Sequence record: CAXNAD020000001.1
Length of the DNA stretch: 32,000 nt
Strand: one strand, 5' to 3'
A program made the translations under genes and the position numbers. Under the pieces are notes generated by a model that saw only the letters and a list, made by a program, of their open reading frames with translations, searched no databases and was not told the DNA's origin. This document shows, in pieces, positions 19,462-28,913 of this stretch. Within the stretch, counting starts at the first letter, position 1, and each line of letters opens with the position of its first letter.

Positions 19462-19535
19462 GATGAATGACGGGACTTGAACCCGCGAATGGCGGAATCA
19501 CAACCCACTGCCTTAACCACTTGGCTACATCCACC
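19462..19535 (-). tRNA. trnH: tRNA-His (anticodon GUG) with encoded G-1
   Basis: The reverse complement reads G GTGGATG TA GCC AAGTGGTTAAGGC ... anticodon loop TTGTGAT ... CGGG TTCAAGT CCCG ... CATTCAT C. The extra 5' G faces C73, as in bacterial and plastid tRNA-His. Confidence 0.9.
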
Positions 19536-19602
19536 TACATATTTTATGTAACTATATTATAGTTAGAAACTAATATTTTTATTAATTTTTACTTTTTATA
19601 TT

Positions 19603-19785
19603 TTATACTATCTCTTCAACTTCATCAAGAGCATATGAACATGTTGCAAGATTACTATAATTTACAGTATTAAATTTAACTAAGACTGCATTATTTTCAA
19701 TTTCAGCTTTCGTAATAATACCAGTTTCTCGAAACCAAAAAGATTCGGGTTTTATAATTTTAACTTTTTTATTTTTCTCTAACAT
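19603..19785 (-). CDS. psaE: Photosystem I subunit IV (PsaE)
   Basis: 60 aa. KVKIIKPESFWFRETGIITKAE...VLVKFNTVNYSNLATCSYALDEVEEI matches the PsaE SH3-like consensus (KV.I.R.ESYW....G.V......YPV.VRF.KVNY.......FA..E). Confidence 0.9.
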   Translation of the reverse strand: MLEKNKKVKIIKPESFWFRETGIITKAEIENNAVLVKFNTVNYSNLATCSYALDEVEEIV

Positions 19786-20049
19786 TATTATTAAATCCTT
19801 AAATTCTTAATTTTAAATATATTATTACTACAAAAATTTTAATAATAATATAAAAATTTATATTAAAATAATTTTATTTTCTATCCCTAAAGCATTTAGC
19901 TTTATCTCAAAATACATTCGTATTTTCCCCACCCATTATAATAATTAAAAAATTAATTTTATTTTGCTTTACTTCAATTATAATTTGTTATTATAACTTA
20001 TTTTAGATTAGTAGATATAAAATTAAAAAAAAAATTAATAAAGGAAATT

Positions 20050-20394
20050 ATGACAGCTATCATACAATTTATTAAAGGTATTGATGAACTAACCATACCA
20101 TTAATCAAATTAACAAGATCTCGTGATGGTAGCACAGGTACTGCAACTTTTGTTTTTGAAAATGCTAGTATATTAGACAAAAAAACTAGTAAAGACGGTG
20201 ATATTACAGGAATGTATCTTATTGACAAAGAAGGTATATTAAATACTCTAGATGTTACGGTAAAATTTATTAAAGGTAAACCAAAAATAATTCAAGCAAT
20301 TTATATTATGAAAAACCCAGAAGCTTGGGATCGATTTATGCGATTTATGGAACGGTATGCTAATAAAAATGATTTAACATTTATAAAAGCTTAA
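20050..20394 (+). CDS. psb28: Photosystem II assembly/reaction-centre protein Psb28 (ycf79)
   Basis: 114 aa containing [34 protein letters not shown] and [16 protein letters not shown]. An AAGGA box lies upstream. Confidence 0.93.
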   Translation: MTAIIQFIKGIDELTIPLIKLTRSRDGSTGTATFVFENASILDKKTSKDGDITGMYLIDKEGILNTLDVTVKFIKGKPKIIQAIYIMKNPEAWDRFMRFMERYANKNDLTFIKA

Positions 20395-20465
20395 TATTAT
20401 AAGTTATAAATAATAATTTTTCAATTATTATTTAAATATATTTTTTTACATATTAAAAATTTTTT

Positions 20466-22688
20466 ATGCAAATTTCATTAAAATGGCTCCAAAATTTATT
20501 AGGTTTTCAAAAATTAACATTAGAATATTTAATAAACAAGTTAACATTAGTAGGTTTTGAAATTGAAAATCTTAATAAAACAAAAAATGATATTATTTTA
20601 GAAATTAATTATACAGCTAATCGAAATGATATTTCTAATATTAAAAATTTAATTATTGAAATTAATTCAATTTATAATTTTGAATTATTTTTAGAAATAC
20701 CTAATAAAATTAAAATTTTAAATATTCCAAATCATAAATTTAAGTTGTCTATTTCGAAATATAAAATTTATAAAAATTATTTTTTTTTTTTAGAAAAAAA
20801 TTATTTTTGGGAACATTTTTTGCAAAAAAAAAATTTTTTAAAAAATACTTTAAAACAAAAGAATAATAATAAAGTAACTTCGAAACACATAACTTTATTT
20901 CAAACAAAAAGTAACTCAATTAATATTAAAAATTCTCCTATTTGGTTACAAAAAAGATTAATATCAATGAATTTTAAACCAATAAATAATGTTATTGATA
21001 CAATTAATTATATTTTAATTGAAACTGGACAAAGTTTTTTTGCTTATGATATTGATAAATTAAAAAAAATTACAAAAGCATCGAATTTAAATTTTAATAT
21101 TCAATTTGCTAAAAATAATGATTTATTTTTTGTATCTGATTCTAAATTTATAGATTTAAAAAATAATGTTTTAATTTTGAGTTTAAATAAAAAAATAATA
21201 ACAATAGCAGGAATAATACAACATTTTGAAACTTTAGTAAATAAAAAAACATCACAAATATTGCTTCAAGGTAATTTTTATAATTCAAAACAAATTCAAA
21301 AATCTTCAAAAATTTTAAATTTAAAAACAGATTTATCACTTAAATTGGAAAAACAAACAGATTTAAATTTGATTGAACAGGCTTATATCCGTTTAATTCA
21401 TTTATTTCGTGTTCAAAATATTAAATTTAATCAGTTAAAACAAAAAGATTTTTTATTTTTTTCGGAAAAAAATTTAAATTTATTTTATACATATATAAAT
21501 TATCATAAAAATAATATTAAAATCTCTTACCAAAATATAAATCAATTAATCAAATTTTCTCAAAAAACAATAACGTTAAATAAATTTAAAATAATTAAAG
21601 ATTTAAATTCATTAAATTTTAAAATTTTTTTAAAAACTGATTTAACTTTTCGAATTAAAATACCTTTATCACGACAATTAGATATTAAAAGAGAAATTGA
21701 TATTATCGAAGAAATTACAAGAATGAATAATTTTAATGAATTTTATTCTATAATTCCGAAAAATAATTATTTTAGTAAAATAACTAAACTAGAAAAACTT
21801 AAAAGACGATTAAGAACCTATTTTTTGAATTTAGGTTTTAGTGAAAATTATCAATCAACATTAACTAATAAAATAAATGATTCTCAAATATTATTAAAAA
21901 ATCCACTTTTTAAAAATACCTCAACTTTACGTATTAGTTTATTAAATGAATTAATCGAAAAAATTAATTTTAATAATAAACAAAATGAATTTGGTTTTGA
22001 AACTTTCGAATTAGGACGGGTTTATAAATCATTATATAATAATCAAATTACTGAAATAGAATTAATTAGTGGAGTTTTTGGGGGAAAAAATTTACCAACA
22101 ACATGGAACAATAACAATCTTCTTTTAAATTGGTATGAAGCAAAAGGATTAATAGAAGAAATTTTCCAAAAATTAAATATTTCAATTTTTTGGAAAAATA
22201 CAAATTTTATACATTTAACAAATTTTCATCCAACTTGTTCTTTAAATTTATATATAAAAAATCAATTTATTGGAACTTTCGGTCAAATTCATCCTAATTT
22301 AGCTATTTTAAAAGATTTAAATAAAAAAACTTATTTATTTGAATTTAATTTAGAAATTTTAAATTATTTTTGGAAAAACCAATTTTTAATTTCTTATAAA
22401 CCATATTCATTCTATCCAACATCTTATATTGATTTAACATTTACAATTAAAAGAATTTTTAATTTTTTAATACTTAAAAATTATATTTTTAATATTGGGC
22501 AACCGTTATTAAAATCAATCAAATTATTTGATTATTATTCTAATTTAAATTTATCAAAAGATTATTCTAATTTAAGTTTCAAATTACAATTTCAATCAAA
22601 AAAGAGAACTTTAACTAATTTAGAAACTAATAAAATAATTACATATGTTATTTTAAAATTAAAAAAAAAATTTAATATAAAAATTTAA
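20466..22688 (+). CDS. pheT: Phenylalanine--tRNA ligase beta subunit (highly AT-drifted)
   Basis: 740 aa with N-terminal MQISLKWLQNLL...LTLVGFEIENL, the B3/4 motif SPIWLQKRL...INNVIDTINYILIETGQSFFAYD and the B5 motif PLSRQLDIKREIDIIEEITRM. It also has the core motif LKNPLFKNTSTLRISLL...FELGRVY and a C-terminal FDX-ACB-like SFKLQFQSKKRTLTN. Confidence 0.88.
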   Translation: MQISLKWLQNLLGFQKLTLEYLINKLTLVGFEIENLNKTKNDIILEINYTANRNDISNIKNLIIEINSIYNFELFLEIPNKIKILNIPNHKFKLSISKYKIYKNYFFFLEKNYFWEHFLQKKNFLKNTLKQKNNNKVTSKHITLFQTKSNSINIKNSPIWLQKRLISMNFKPINNVIDTINYILIETGQSFFAYDIDKLKKITKASNLNFNIQFAKNNDLFFVSDSKFIDLKNNVLILSLNKKIITIAGIIQHFETLVNKKTSQILLQGNFYNSKQIQKSSKILNLKTDLSLKLEKQTDLNLIEQAYIRLIHLFRVQNIKFNQLKQKDFLFFSEKNLNLFYTYINYHKNNIKISYQNINQLIKFSQKTITLNKFKIIKDLNSLNFKIFLKTDLTFRIKIPLSRQLDIKREIDIIEEITRMNNFNEFYSIIPKNNYFSKITKLEKLKRRLRTYFLNLGFSENYQSTLTNKINDSQILLKNPLFKNTSTLRISLLNELIEKINFNNKQNEFGFETFELGRVYKSLYNNQITEIELISGVFGGKNLPTTWNNNNLLLNWYEAKGLIEEIFQKLNISIFWKNTNFIHLTNFHPTCSLNLYIKNQFIGTFGQIHPNLAILKDLNKKTYLFEFNLEILNYFWKNQFLISYKPYSFYPTSYIDLTFTIKRIFNFLILKNYIFNIGQPLLKSIKLFDYYSNLNLSKDYSNLSFKLQFQSKKRTLTNLETNKIITYVILKLKKKFNIKI

Positions 22689-22704
22689 TATAAAAATATT
22701 TATT

Positions 22705-23499
22705 ATGATACATAATTTTTTAACATCAAAATTTAATTTTAATAAATTTGGAAAAATATTATCGAAATATAATTATCAAATAAAATCGAATGATATTTTA
22801 GCTGGTACAATTATTGGTTTAGAACCAATGTATGGTTTAGTAGATATTGGATTAGAAAAAGTCGCTTTTTTACCAATAGAAGAAATTTCTCTTAAAAAAA
22901 TTTTTCAACCAACTCACTTACTAACTATCAATTTTATTGGAGAATTTTTAATTCTTTTTATTAATGAAAAAACAAATCAAATTTTTTTATCTTCAAAAGA
23001 AGTTCAGTATTTACGTTTATGGGAACGAATAAAACAATTAGATTTAAAACAAATTGTTATTTATGGAAAAATAAAAAAATCTATCAAAAAAGGAAAAATT
23101 ATCAATTTTAATGGTTTAGAATTTTTAATATATAATTCTTATATTCCTAAATATTATCGTGATAAAAAATATCAAAATTTATTATTACCTTTTAAATTTA
23201 TGGAAGTTAAAGATTTTATTCATTTTGTTTATGTTAATTCAAAATTAGCTTTTTTAAATAATTTAAATAATTTTTTAAAATTAAATAATATTTATTATTC
23301 TTGTATTAAATCTATAAAACCTTTTGGTATTTTTGTAAATATTTATGGTATTCAATGTTTATTACATATTTCTGAAATTTCATTTAAAAAAATTATAAAT
23401 ATCAATAATTTTTATAAATGTGGAGATATAATTAAAGTCAAAATTATTTATAAAAATATTGAATTAAATAAAATTTCAGTTTCAATTAAAAAAATATAA
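22705..23499 (+). CDS. rps1: 30S ribosomal protein S1 (short plastid form)
   Basis: 264 aa with S1-domain signatures: ILAGTIIGLEPMYGLVDIGLEKVAFLPIEEIS and a C-terminal repeat IKPFGIFVNIYGIQCLLHISEIS...GDIIKVKII. Confidence 0.85.
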   Translation: MIHNFLTSKFNFNKFGKILSKYNYQIKSNDILAGTIIGLEPMYGLVDIGLEKVAFLPIEEISLKKIFQPTHLLTINFIGEFLILFINEKTNQIFLSSKEVQYLRLWERIKQLDLKQIVIYGKIKKSIKKGKIINFNGLEFLIYNSYIPKYYRDKKYQNLLLPFKFMEVKDFIHFVYVNSKLAFLNNLNNFLKLNNIYYSCIKSIKPFGIFVNIYGIQCLLHISEISFKKIININNFYKCGDIIKVKIIYKNIELNKISVSIKKI

Positions 23500-23500
23500 T

Positions 23501-23722
23501 TTAACCGCCACTAACTATTGTGATAATTTCTATTTTATCATTTAATTTTATAGGGATATTTTTAATTGTTATTTGATTAAAAATTTTATTATTATATTGA
23601 ATAATATTTAAATTTTTATTAAAATTTAAATATTTTATTAAATTATTAAAAACAATAGGATGATTTAATAATATCTTATATTTTTGATCATTAACCCAAA
23701 AAAAAAAAAAAAAAATTTTCAT
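23501..23722 (-). CDS. thiS: Thiamine-biosynthesis sulfur-carrier protein ThiS (ycf40)
   Basis: 73 aa with a ubiquitin-like size and the diagnostic C-terminus ...KIEIITIVSGG directly before the stop. Codons 3-9 are encoded by an 18-nt homopolymer. Confidence 0.8.
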   Translation of the reverse strand: MKIFFFFFWVNDQKYKILLNHPIVFNNLIKYLNFNKNLNIIQYNNKIFNQITIKNIPIKLNDKIEIITIVSGG

Positions 23723-23733
23723 ATTAAAAATAA

Positions 23734-24051
23734 TTAAATTAATTTAATAAAAACTCCAGGAAAAAGTTCTAAACTTAATAAATTTAATAATATTTTTTTT
23801 ATTTCTGGAGAATTTGAATAGATATCTATAATTTTTTTATATCTACGGATTTCAAATTGTTCACGTGAATCTTTATTAACATGTGGTGACCGTAAAACAC
23901 AATATGATCGTTTTTTTGTAGGTAAGGAAATCGGACCTGAAATATAACTAATAGTTAGATTATTTTTTAATAATAAAAATTTTTTACACGATTCATTTAA
24001 ATTAGTGGAATTAAAAGATTCTAATATTATACGTATTTTTTTCTTTAACAT
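23734..24051 (-). CDS. rps10: 30S ribosomal protein S10
   Basis: 105 aa containing IRIILESFN...GPISLPTKKRSYCVLRSPHVNKDSREQFEIRRYKKIIDI. It lies downstream of tufA, as in the str cluster of red-type plastids. Confidence 0.95.
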   Translation of the reverse strand: MLKKKIRIILESFNSTNLNESCKKFLLLKNNLTISYISGPISLPTKKRSYCVLRSPHVNKDSREQFEIRRYKKIIDIYSNSPEIKKILLNLLSLELFPGVFIKLI

Positions 24052-24060
24052 AAAAATAAA

Positions 24061-25290
24061 TTATTTATTAATTTTAGAAACAACTCCAGCCCCAATTGTA
24101 CGTCCACCTTCACGAATAGCAAATCGCATTCCTTCTTCAATTGCAATAGATGAGATAAGTTCTGCATTCATCTTAATACGGTCCCCAGGCATAACCATTT
24201 CAACATTATTTCCATCATCTGAAGTAAAACTTAAAATTTTACCAGTTACATCTGTTGTTCGTACATAAAATTGAGGTCTATAACCTGAAAAGAAAGGTGT
24301 ATGACGTCCACCTTCTTCTTTAGTTAAGATATAAACTTCTGATTCGAAAATATTATGAGGTGTTATAGTACCAGGTTTAGATAAAACCATACCACGTTCT
24401 ATTTCATTTTTTTGAACACCACGTAGTAAAATACCAACATTATCACCTGCAACTCCTTCATCTAAAGTTTTTTGAAACATTTCTACTCCAGTAACTGTTG
24501 TTGCTTTTGTATCACCTAAACCAACTAATTCAACTGTTTCTCCTACTTTAACAATACCACGTTCAATTCTTCCTGTAGCTACTGTTCCACGACCAGTAAT
24601 TGAAAAAACATCTTCAATAGCCATTAAAAAAGATTTATCAATATCACGAACTGGAGTCGGAATATAAGCATCCACTGAATCCATTAAATTATAAATTTTA
24701 TCAATCCATTTATTTTCACCTTTTTTTAAACCAGGTTCTTTTGATAATGCTTCTAAAGCTTGAAGAGCTGAACCTGCTACAATAGGTATATCATCTCCAG
24801 GAAAATCATAATTTGATAATAATTCTCGTACTTCTAATTCCACTAATTCTAATAATTCAAGATCATCTACTTGATCTTCTTTATTTAAAAAAACAACAAT
24901 ATGAGGAACACCAACTTGTTTCGATAATAAAATATGTTCACGAGTTTGGGGCATTGGTCCATCAGCAGCAGAAACAACTAAAATTGCTCCATCCATTTGA
25001 GCTGCTCCTGTGATCATATTTTTAACATAATCAGCATGACCAGGACAATCCACATGAGCATAATGACGTACATCTGTTTCATATTCTACATGGGCAGTAT
25101 TTATTGTAATTCCACGTGCACGTTCTTCCGGAGCTGCATCGATATCTTCATATTTTTTTGCTTTAGAATCACCGGTTAATGATAAAACAGCTGTTATAGC
25201 AGCGGTTAAAGTTGTTTTACCATGATCTACATGACCAATTGTTCCAATATTGATATGGGGTTTTGTACGCTCAAATTTTTCACGTGCCAT
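24061..25290 (-). CDS. tufA: Elongation factor Tu
   Basis: 409 aa with G1 [10 protein letters not shown]3 DCPGHADY and G4 NKED. The whole protein is highly conserved. Confidence 0.99.
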   Translation of the reverse strand: MAREKFERTKPHINIGTIGHVDHGKTTLTAAITAVLSLTGDSKAKKYEDIDAAPEERARGITINTAHVEYETDVRHYAHVDCPGHADYVKNMITGAAQMDGAILVVSAADGPMPQTREHILLSKQVGVPHIVVFLNKEDQVDDLELLELVELEVRELLSNYDFPGDDIPIVAGSALQALEALSKEPGLKKGENKWIDKIYNLMDSVDAYIPTPVRDIDKSFLMAIEDVFSITGRGTVATGRIERGIVKVGETVELVGLGDTKATTVTGVEMFQKTLDEGVAGDNVGILLRGVQKNEIERGMVLSKPGTITPHNIFESEVYILTKEEGGRHTPFFSGYRPQFYVRTTDVTGKILSFTSDDGNNVEMVMPGDRIKMNAELISSIAIEEGMRFAIREGGRTIGAGVVSKINK

Positions 25291-25308
25291 AAAAATTATT
25301 CCTTAATT

Positions 25309-25328
25309 ATTTTATTTTATTTTATTTT
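25309..25328. repeat. Pentanucleotide microsatellite (atttt)x4 in the rps7-tufA spacer
   Basis: A residues occur at 25309, 25314, 25319 and 25324, with 25329 following the last unit: an exact 5-nt period. Confidence 0.8.
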
Positions 25329-25355
25329 ACTTTTGGCGATATTTAATTATATTTT

Positions 25356-25826
25356 TTAAGAACGAAAATGAGCAAAAGCTTTATTTGATTTTGCCATACG
25401 ATGAGTTTCTTGTTTTTTTCGCATCGCATTTCCATAATTTTTTGAAGCATCTATTATTTCATTAGCTAATTTTATTGCCATTGTTTTACCTGATCTTTTT
25501 CGTGCAAATTCTAAAATCCAACGTAATGCTAAATTTATTCCTTTAAATCTTTTAATTTCTATTGGGACTTGATAACTTGATCCACCAACACGTTTCGATT
25601 TTATTTTAACAGAAGGACTAACATTTTTAACAGCTTTTTCAAAAATTTTTAATGGTTCTTGATTTGTTTCTTGTTTTATAATATTAAATGTTTCATAAAT
25701 AATTTTTTGAGCTATTGTTTTTTTTCCATTTTTTAAAATTTTAGAAATCATTAAACTTACCAAAAAACTATTATATACAGGATCTGAAATAGGAAATTTT
25801 CTTTTTGTATTTGTACGACGTGACAT
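25356..25826 (-). CDS. rps7: 30S ribosomal protein S7
   Basis: 156 aa containing SRRTNTKRK..DPVYNS, VSPSVKIKSKRVGGSSYQVPIEI and AFAHFR. Confidence 0.97.
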   Translation of the reverse strand: MSRRTNTKRKFPISDPVYNSFLVSLMISKILKNGKKTIAQKIIYETFNIIKQETNQEPLKIFEKAVKNVSPSVKIKSKRVGGSSYQVPIEIKRFKGINLALRWILEFARKRSGKTMAIKLANEIIDASKNYGNAMRKKQETHRMAKSNKAFAHFRS

Positions 25827-25850
25827 AATAAATTATTAAAGTTATATATA

Positions 25851-26225
25851 TTATTTTATTGGTTTTTTATTTCCATATTTTGAACGACTTTGTCGACGAT
25901 CTTTTACTCCAACAGTATCAAGTGTTCCACGAATAATATGATAACGTACCCCAGGTAAATCTTTTACTCTTCCACCACGAATTAAAACAACTGAATGTTC
26001 TTGTAAATTATGACCTATACCTGGGATATATGCTGTTACTTCAAATCCTGATGTTAATCGAACTCTTGCAACTTTTCTTATAGCTGAATTCGGTTTTTTT
26101 GGTGTAATTGTATAAACTTTTGTACAAACTCCTCGGCGTTGTGGACAATTTTTTAATGCAGGTGATTTAGTTCGTGTTTGTATTTTTTTACGTTTTATTC
26201 GTATTAATTGTTGTATAGTAGGCAT
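25851..26225 (-). CDS. rps12: 30S ribosomal protein S12
   Basis: 124 aa starting MPTIQQLIR, containing [56 protein letters not shown]. Confidence 0.99.
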   Translation of the reverse strand: MPTIQQLIRIKRKKIQTRTKSPALKNCPQRRGVCTKVYTITPKKPNSAIRKVARVRLTSGFEVTAYIPGIGHNLQEHSVVLIRGGRVKDLPGVRYHIIRGTLDTVGVKDRRQSRSKYGNKKPIK

Positions 26226-26269
26226 AGGATTAAATTAATATTAATTTTTTTATAGTTTTAATAAATTCA

Positions 26270-26482
26270 TTATGATTCAGTAATTTGATATTTTTTAATA
26301 AATTTATCTACTCGACCTTCAATATCAATAATTCTTTGTGAACCAGTATAAAATGGATGATTCCCTGACCAAATATCTACATGTAATTCTGGCTTTGTTG
26401 ATCCAACAAGCATAATCAATTGTCCATCATAATATACTTTTGTATCACTGTACCATTTTGGATGTATATTTTTTTTAGGCAT
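26270..26482 (-). CDS. rpl31: 50S ribosomal protein L31
   Basis: 70 aa starting MPKKNIHPKW, containing HVDIWSGNHPFYTGSQRIIDIEGRVDKFIKKY. Confidence 0.94.
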   Translation of the reverse strand: MPKKNIHPKWYSDTKVYYDGQLIMLVGSTKPELHVDIWSGNHPFYTGSQRIIDIEGRVDKFIKKYQITES

Positions 26483-26520
26483 AGTTTTATTTTATTATAA
26501 TTTTTTAATTAATAAAAGAT

Positions 26521-26973
26521 TTATCGTTTTGAGTATTGAGAAGCTTTTCTTGCTTTTTTTAAACCATATTTTCGGCGTTCTTTTATTCTAGCATCTCTCG
26601 TTAAAAATCCTTGACTTTTTAAAATTGGGCGATAATTTGTTTTAGTAATTTTACATAAAGCACGCGTTAATCCTAATTTAATAGCATTTGCTTGTCCAGT
26701 TAATCCTCCACCTCTTACTTTTGCAATAATATTATATTTTTTTTTTAAATTTATAATTTCTAAAGGTAAATATATTTGATTTATATAAGTAAAATTTTGT
26801 TGAAAATAAATTTCTCCTAAAATATTATTAACTTCAAATTTTATTTCTGAATTAGAATTAATAGGTACTAAATAAACAAGTGCAATCGAAGTTTTTTTTT
26901 TTCCGATTCCATAAATATGACTTTTTTTTTTTTCCCCACCACTATAGATAATAATTTGTTTTTGATTTATCAT
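26521..26973 (-). CDS. rps9: 30S ribosomal protein S9
   Basis: 150 aa containing GIGKKKTSIALVYLVP and VRGGGLTGQANAIKLGLTRAL, ending in the C-terminus LTRDARIKERRKYGLKKARKASQYSKR. The N-terminus is about 15-20 aa longer than typical, so the start is less certain. Confidence 0.93.
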   Translation of the reverse strand: MINQKQIIIYSGGEKKKSHIYGIGKKKTSIALVYLVPINSNSEIKFEVNNILGEIYFQQNFTYINQIYLPLEIINLKKKYNIIAKVRGGGLTGQANAIKLGLTRALCKITKTNYRPILKSQGFLTRDARIKERRKYGLKKARKASQYSKR

Positions 26974-26987
26974 AACATTTATTTCTT

Positions 26988-27419
26988 TTATATATTAATA
27001 ATTTTAGGTTTTTGTGAAATATGAGGATGAGTTTGATTTTTATATACTTTTAATTTCGTAAATAATTTACGCCCTAAACGAGTTTTAGGTAACATTCCTT
27101 TAATTGCTTTTTCAATAATTCTTTCTGGTAAACGAATTTGTAAATTTTCAAATGTTTCTAATGTCTTTCCTCCTGGATAACCTGAATGTCGAAAATAAAT
27201 TTTTTGAGTAGATTTTTTTCCACTTACTAATATTTTATTCGCATTTATAATAATTACATAATCTGCTATATCTTGTGATGGTAAATAAAAACTTTTATTT
27301 TTTCCTCTTAGAATCTTAGCAACTTCGGTAGCTAAACGCCCTAAACATTTATTTTCAGCATTAATTAAATACCATTGTTGTTTTAACTCAGGTTTTGAAA
27401 CAATAAATGTATCTTTCAT
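26988..27419 (-). CDS. rpl13: 50S ribosomal protein L13
   Basis: 143 aa containing [39 protein letters not shown] and [18 protein letters not shown]. Confidence 0.96.
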   Translation of the reverse strand: MKDTFIVSKPELKQQWYLINAENKCLGRLATEVAKILRGKNKSFYLPSQDIADYVIIINANKILVSGKKSTQKIYFRHSGYPGGKTLETFENLQIRLPERIIEKAIKGMLPKTRLGRKLFTKLKVYKNQTHPHISQKPKIINI

Positions 27420-27467
27420 ATGATATTAAATAAGTAATATTTTATTTGATTAATTAAATTGTTATTT

Positions 27468-28400
27468 TTATATTATTAATTCAAAATAATTTGTTAATTT
27501 AGTTTGAATTTCATCTACTGATTTGGGCCCTAAGTTTTTTATTTCTAATAAATCATCTCTGGTCCATTTCTTAAGTTCTTGAATATAGTTAATTTTAGAT
27601 TTTTTTAAAATATTGCATAAACGTGGTGAAAGTTGTAAAATTTCAATAGGTATATTATTATTTTTATCTTTTTTAATATTTTGACTAGAATTTTTTATTA
27701 TTTGAATTTGTTGATAAGGTTTAATATTTTGAATATTAATTAACCAACTCATTAACACAATAGTGGCACGTTTTATTGATTCTTCAGGCGTAATACTACC
27801 ATTTGTCCAAATATCAAGAAATAATTTTTCTTTCTTTGATTCTAATAATGGTTCTATTTCTTCAGTAAAAAAATTAATTTTAGAGACAGGCATAAAATTA
27901 GAATCAATAGGAATATAATCTAAAAACTCATCAGTTTTCGATTCTTCGGCTAAATTATATCCTTTACCACTTTTTAATTTAATTTCAATTTCAAAAACAG
28001 AATTATCTGAAATTGTTAATATATGATTATGAGGATTTAAAATTTCAATACCAGGTGGTAATTTTAAATAATCAGCAGTAACTATACAAGGCCCTTGTAT
28101 TCGTAATCGAACATAAGTGGTTTCAGTAAGATCACTTTTAAAAATTATTTCTTTTAAATTTAAAATTATTTCTAAAACATCTTCTCGAATACCTGGAATA
28201 ATCGAAAATTCATTATTTATACCTGCAATTCTAATTCCAATAATTCGAAACCCAACTAAATCTGCAATTAAAGCACGACGTAACATAGTTCCAATACTAG
28301 TACCTTGACCAATATCTAATGGTTCAAAAACAAAACGTCCAAAATGATTTGTAGGAGTTTTTAAGTTAGATTCAATACAATATCCTGTAAAATTTAACAT
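27468..28400 (-). CDS. rpoA: DNA-directed RNA polymerase alpha subunit
   Basis: 310 aa with N-terminal domain GRFVFEPLDIGQGTSIGTMLRRALIADL and a C-terminal helix-hairpin-helix domain IEILQLSPRLCNILKKSKINYIQEL...LLEIKNLGPKSVDEI. An AGGAGG box lies upstream. Confidence 0.95.
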   Translation of the reverse strand: MLNFTGYCIESNLKTPTNHFGRFVFEPLDIGQGTSIGTMLRRALIADLVGFRIIGIRIAGINNEFSIIPGIREDVLEIILNLKEIIFKSDLTETTYVRLRIQGPCIVTADYLKLPPGIEILNPHNHILTISDNSVFEIEIKLKSGKGYNLAEESKTDEFLDYIPIDSNFMPVSKINFFTEEIEPLLESKKEKLFLDIWTNGSITPEESIKRATIVLMSWLINIQNIKPYQQIQIIKNSSQNIKKDKNNNIPIEILQLSPRLCNILKKSKINYIQELKKWTRDDLLEIKNLGPKSVDEIQTKLTNYFELII

Positions 28401-28499
28401 AATCCTCCTTTTTTTATTAGTTTATAATAAAATAATATAAACTTATCAAATATACAAATTTTTTGAATAATTTTATTCCTAGTAATTTCTATTTTTAAA

Positions 28500-28874
28500 T
28501 TAAACACGTCGACGCTTAGGTGGTCTACAACCATTATAAGCAATTTGGGTAACATCTTTAATAGAAAGAATTTTAATTTTATTTAAATGAACACCACGAA
28601 TAGCAGGTTCTCGACCAGAACCGGGGCCTTTAATAATAACATTTACTCTTTTTAAACCATATAACTCTTTAGCTTTTATAGTTGCTTGTTCAGCAGCTTT
28701 TTGTGCTGCAAATGGGGTACTTTTTCGTGATCCTTTAAAATCAACAGTTCCAGCCGAAGCCCAAGATAAAGTATTACCATTTAAATCTGTAATAGTTACT
28801 ATAGTATTATTATAAGTAGATTGAATATGAATAATTCCTTTTAAAATAGTTCGTTTTATTTTTTTTTTTATCAT
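28500..28874 (-). CDS. rps11: 30S ribosomal protein S11
   Basis: 124 aa containing [43 protein letters not shown] and [14 protein letters not shown]...[18 protein letters not shown]. Confidence 0.97.
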   Translation of the reverse strand: MIKKKIKRTILKGIIHIQSTYNNTIVTITDLNGNTLSWASAGTVDFKGSRKSTPFAAQKAAEQATIKAKELYGLKRVNVIIKGPGSGREPAIRGVHLNKIKILSIKDVTQIAYNGCRPPKRRRV

Positions 28875-28913
28875 TTTAAAATTTAAAAGTATATTTGTTA
28901 ACGATATTTTTAA

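Noticed and set aside
19786-20049. Searched the longest spacer without a gene call for ffs, ssrA, rnpB, a tRNA remnant or a small psa/psb/pet peptide gene
   Set aside because: I recognised no conserved RNA core motif, there is no ATG-initiated small ORF with a familiar sequence, and no T-loop or anticodon-arm geometry. I report it only as a low-interest structured island.
19998-20228. 76-aa ORF on the - strand overlapping the psb28 start
   Set aside because: It overlaps conserved psb28 in antisense and has no motif. It is a shadow ORF.
21148-21339. 63-aa ORF antisense to pheT
   Set aside because: It is a low-complexity shadow ORF inside pheT.
24005-25179. Three + strand ORFs (87, 66 and 60 aa) overlapping rps10/tufA
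   Set aside because: They are antisense to tufA, one of the most conserved genes present. They are shadow ORFs.
28117-28308. 63-aa ORF antisense to rpoA
   Set aside because: It is a shadow ORF within the rpoA N-terminal domain.
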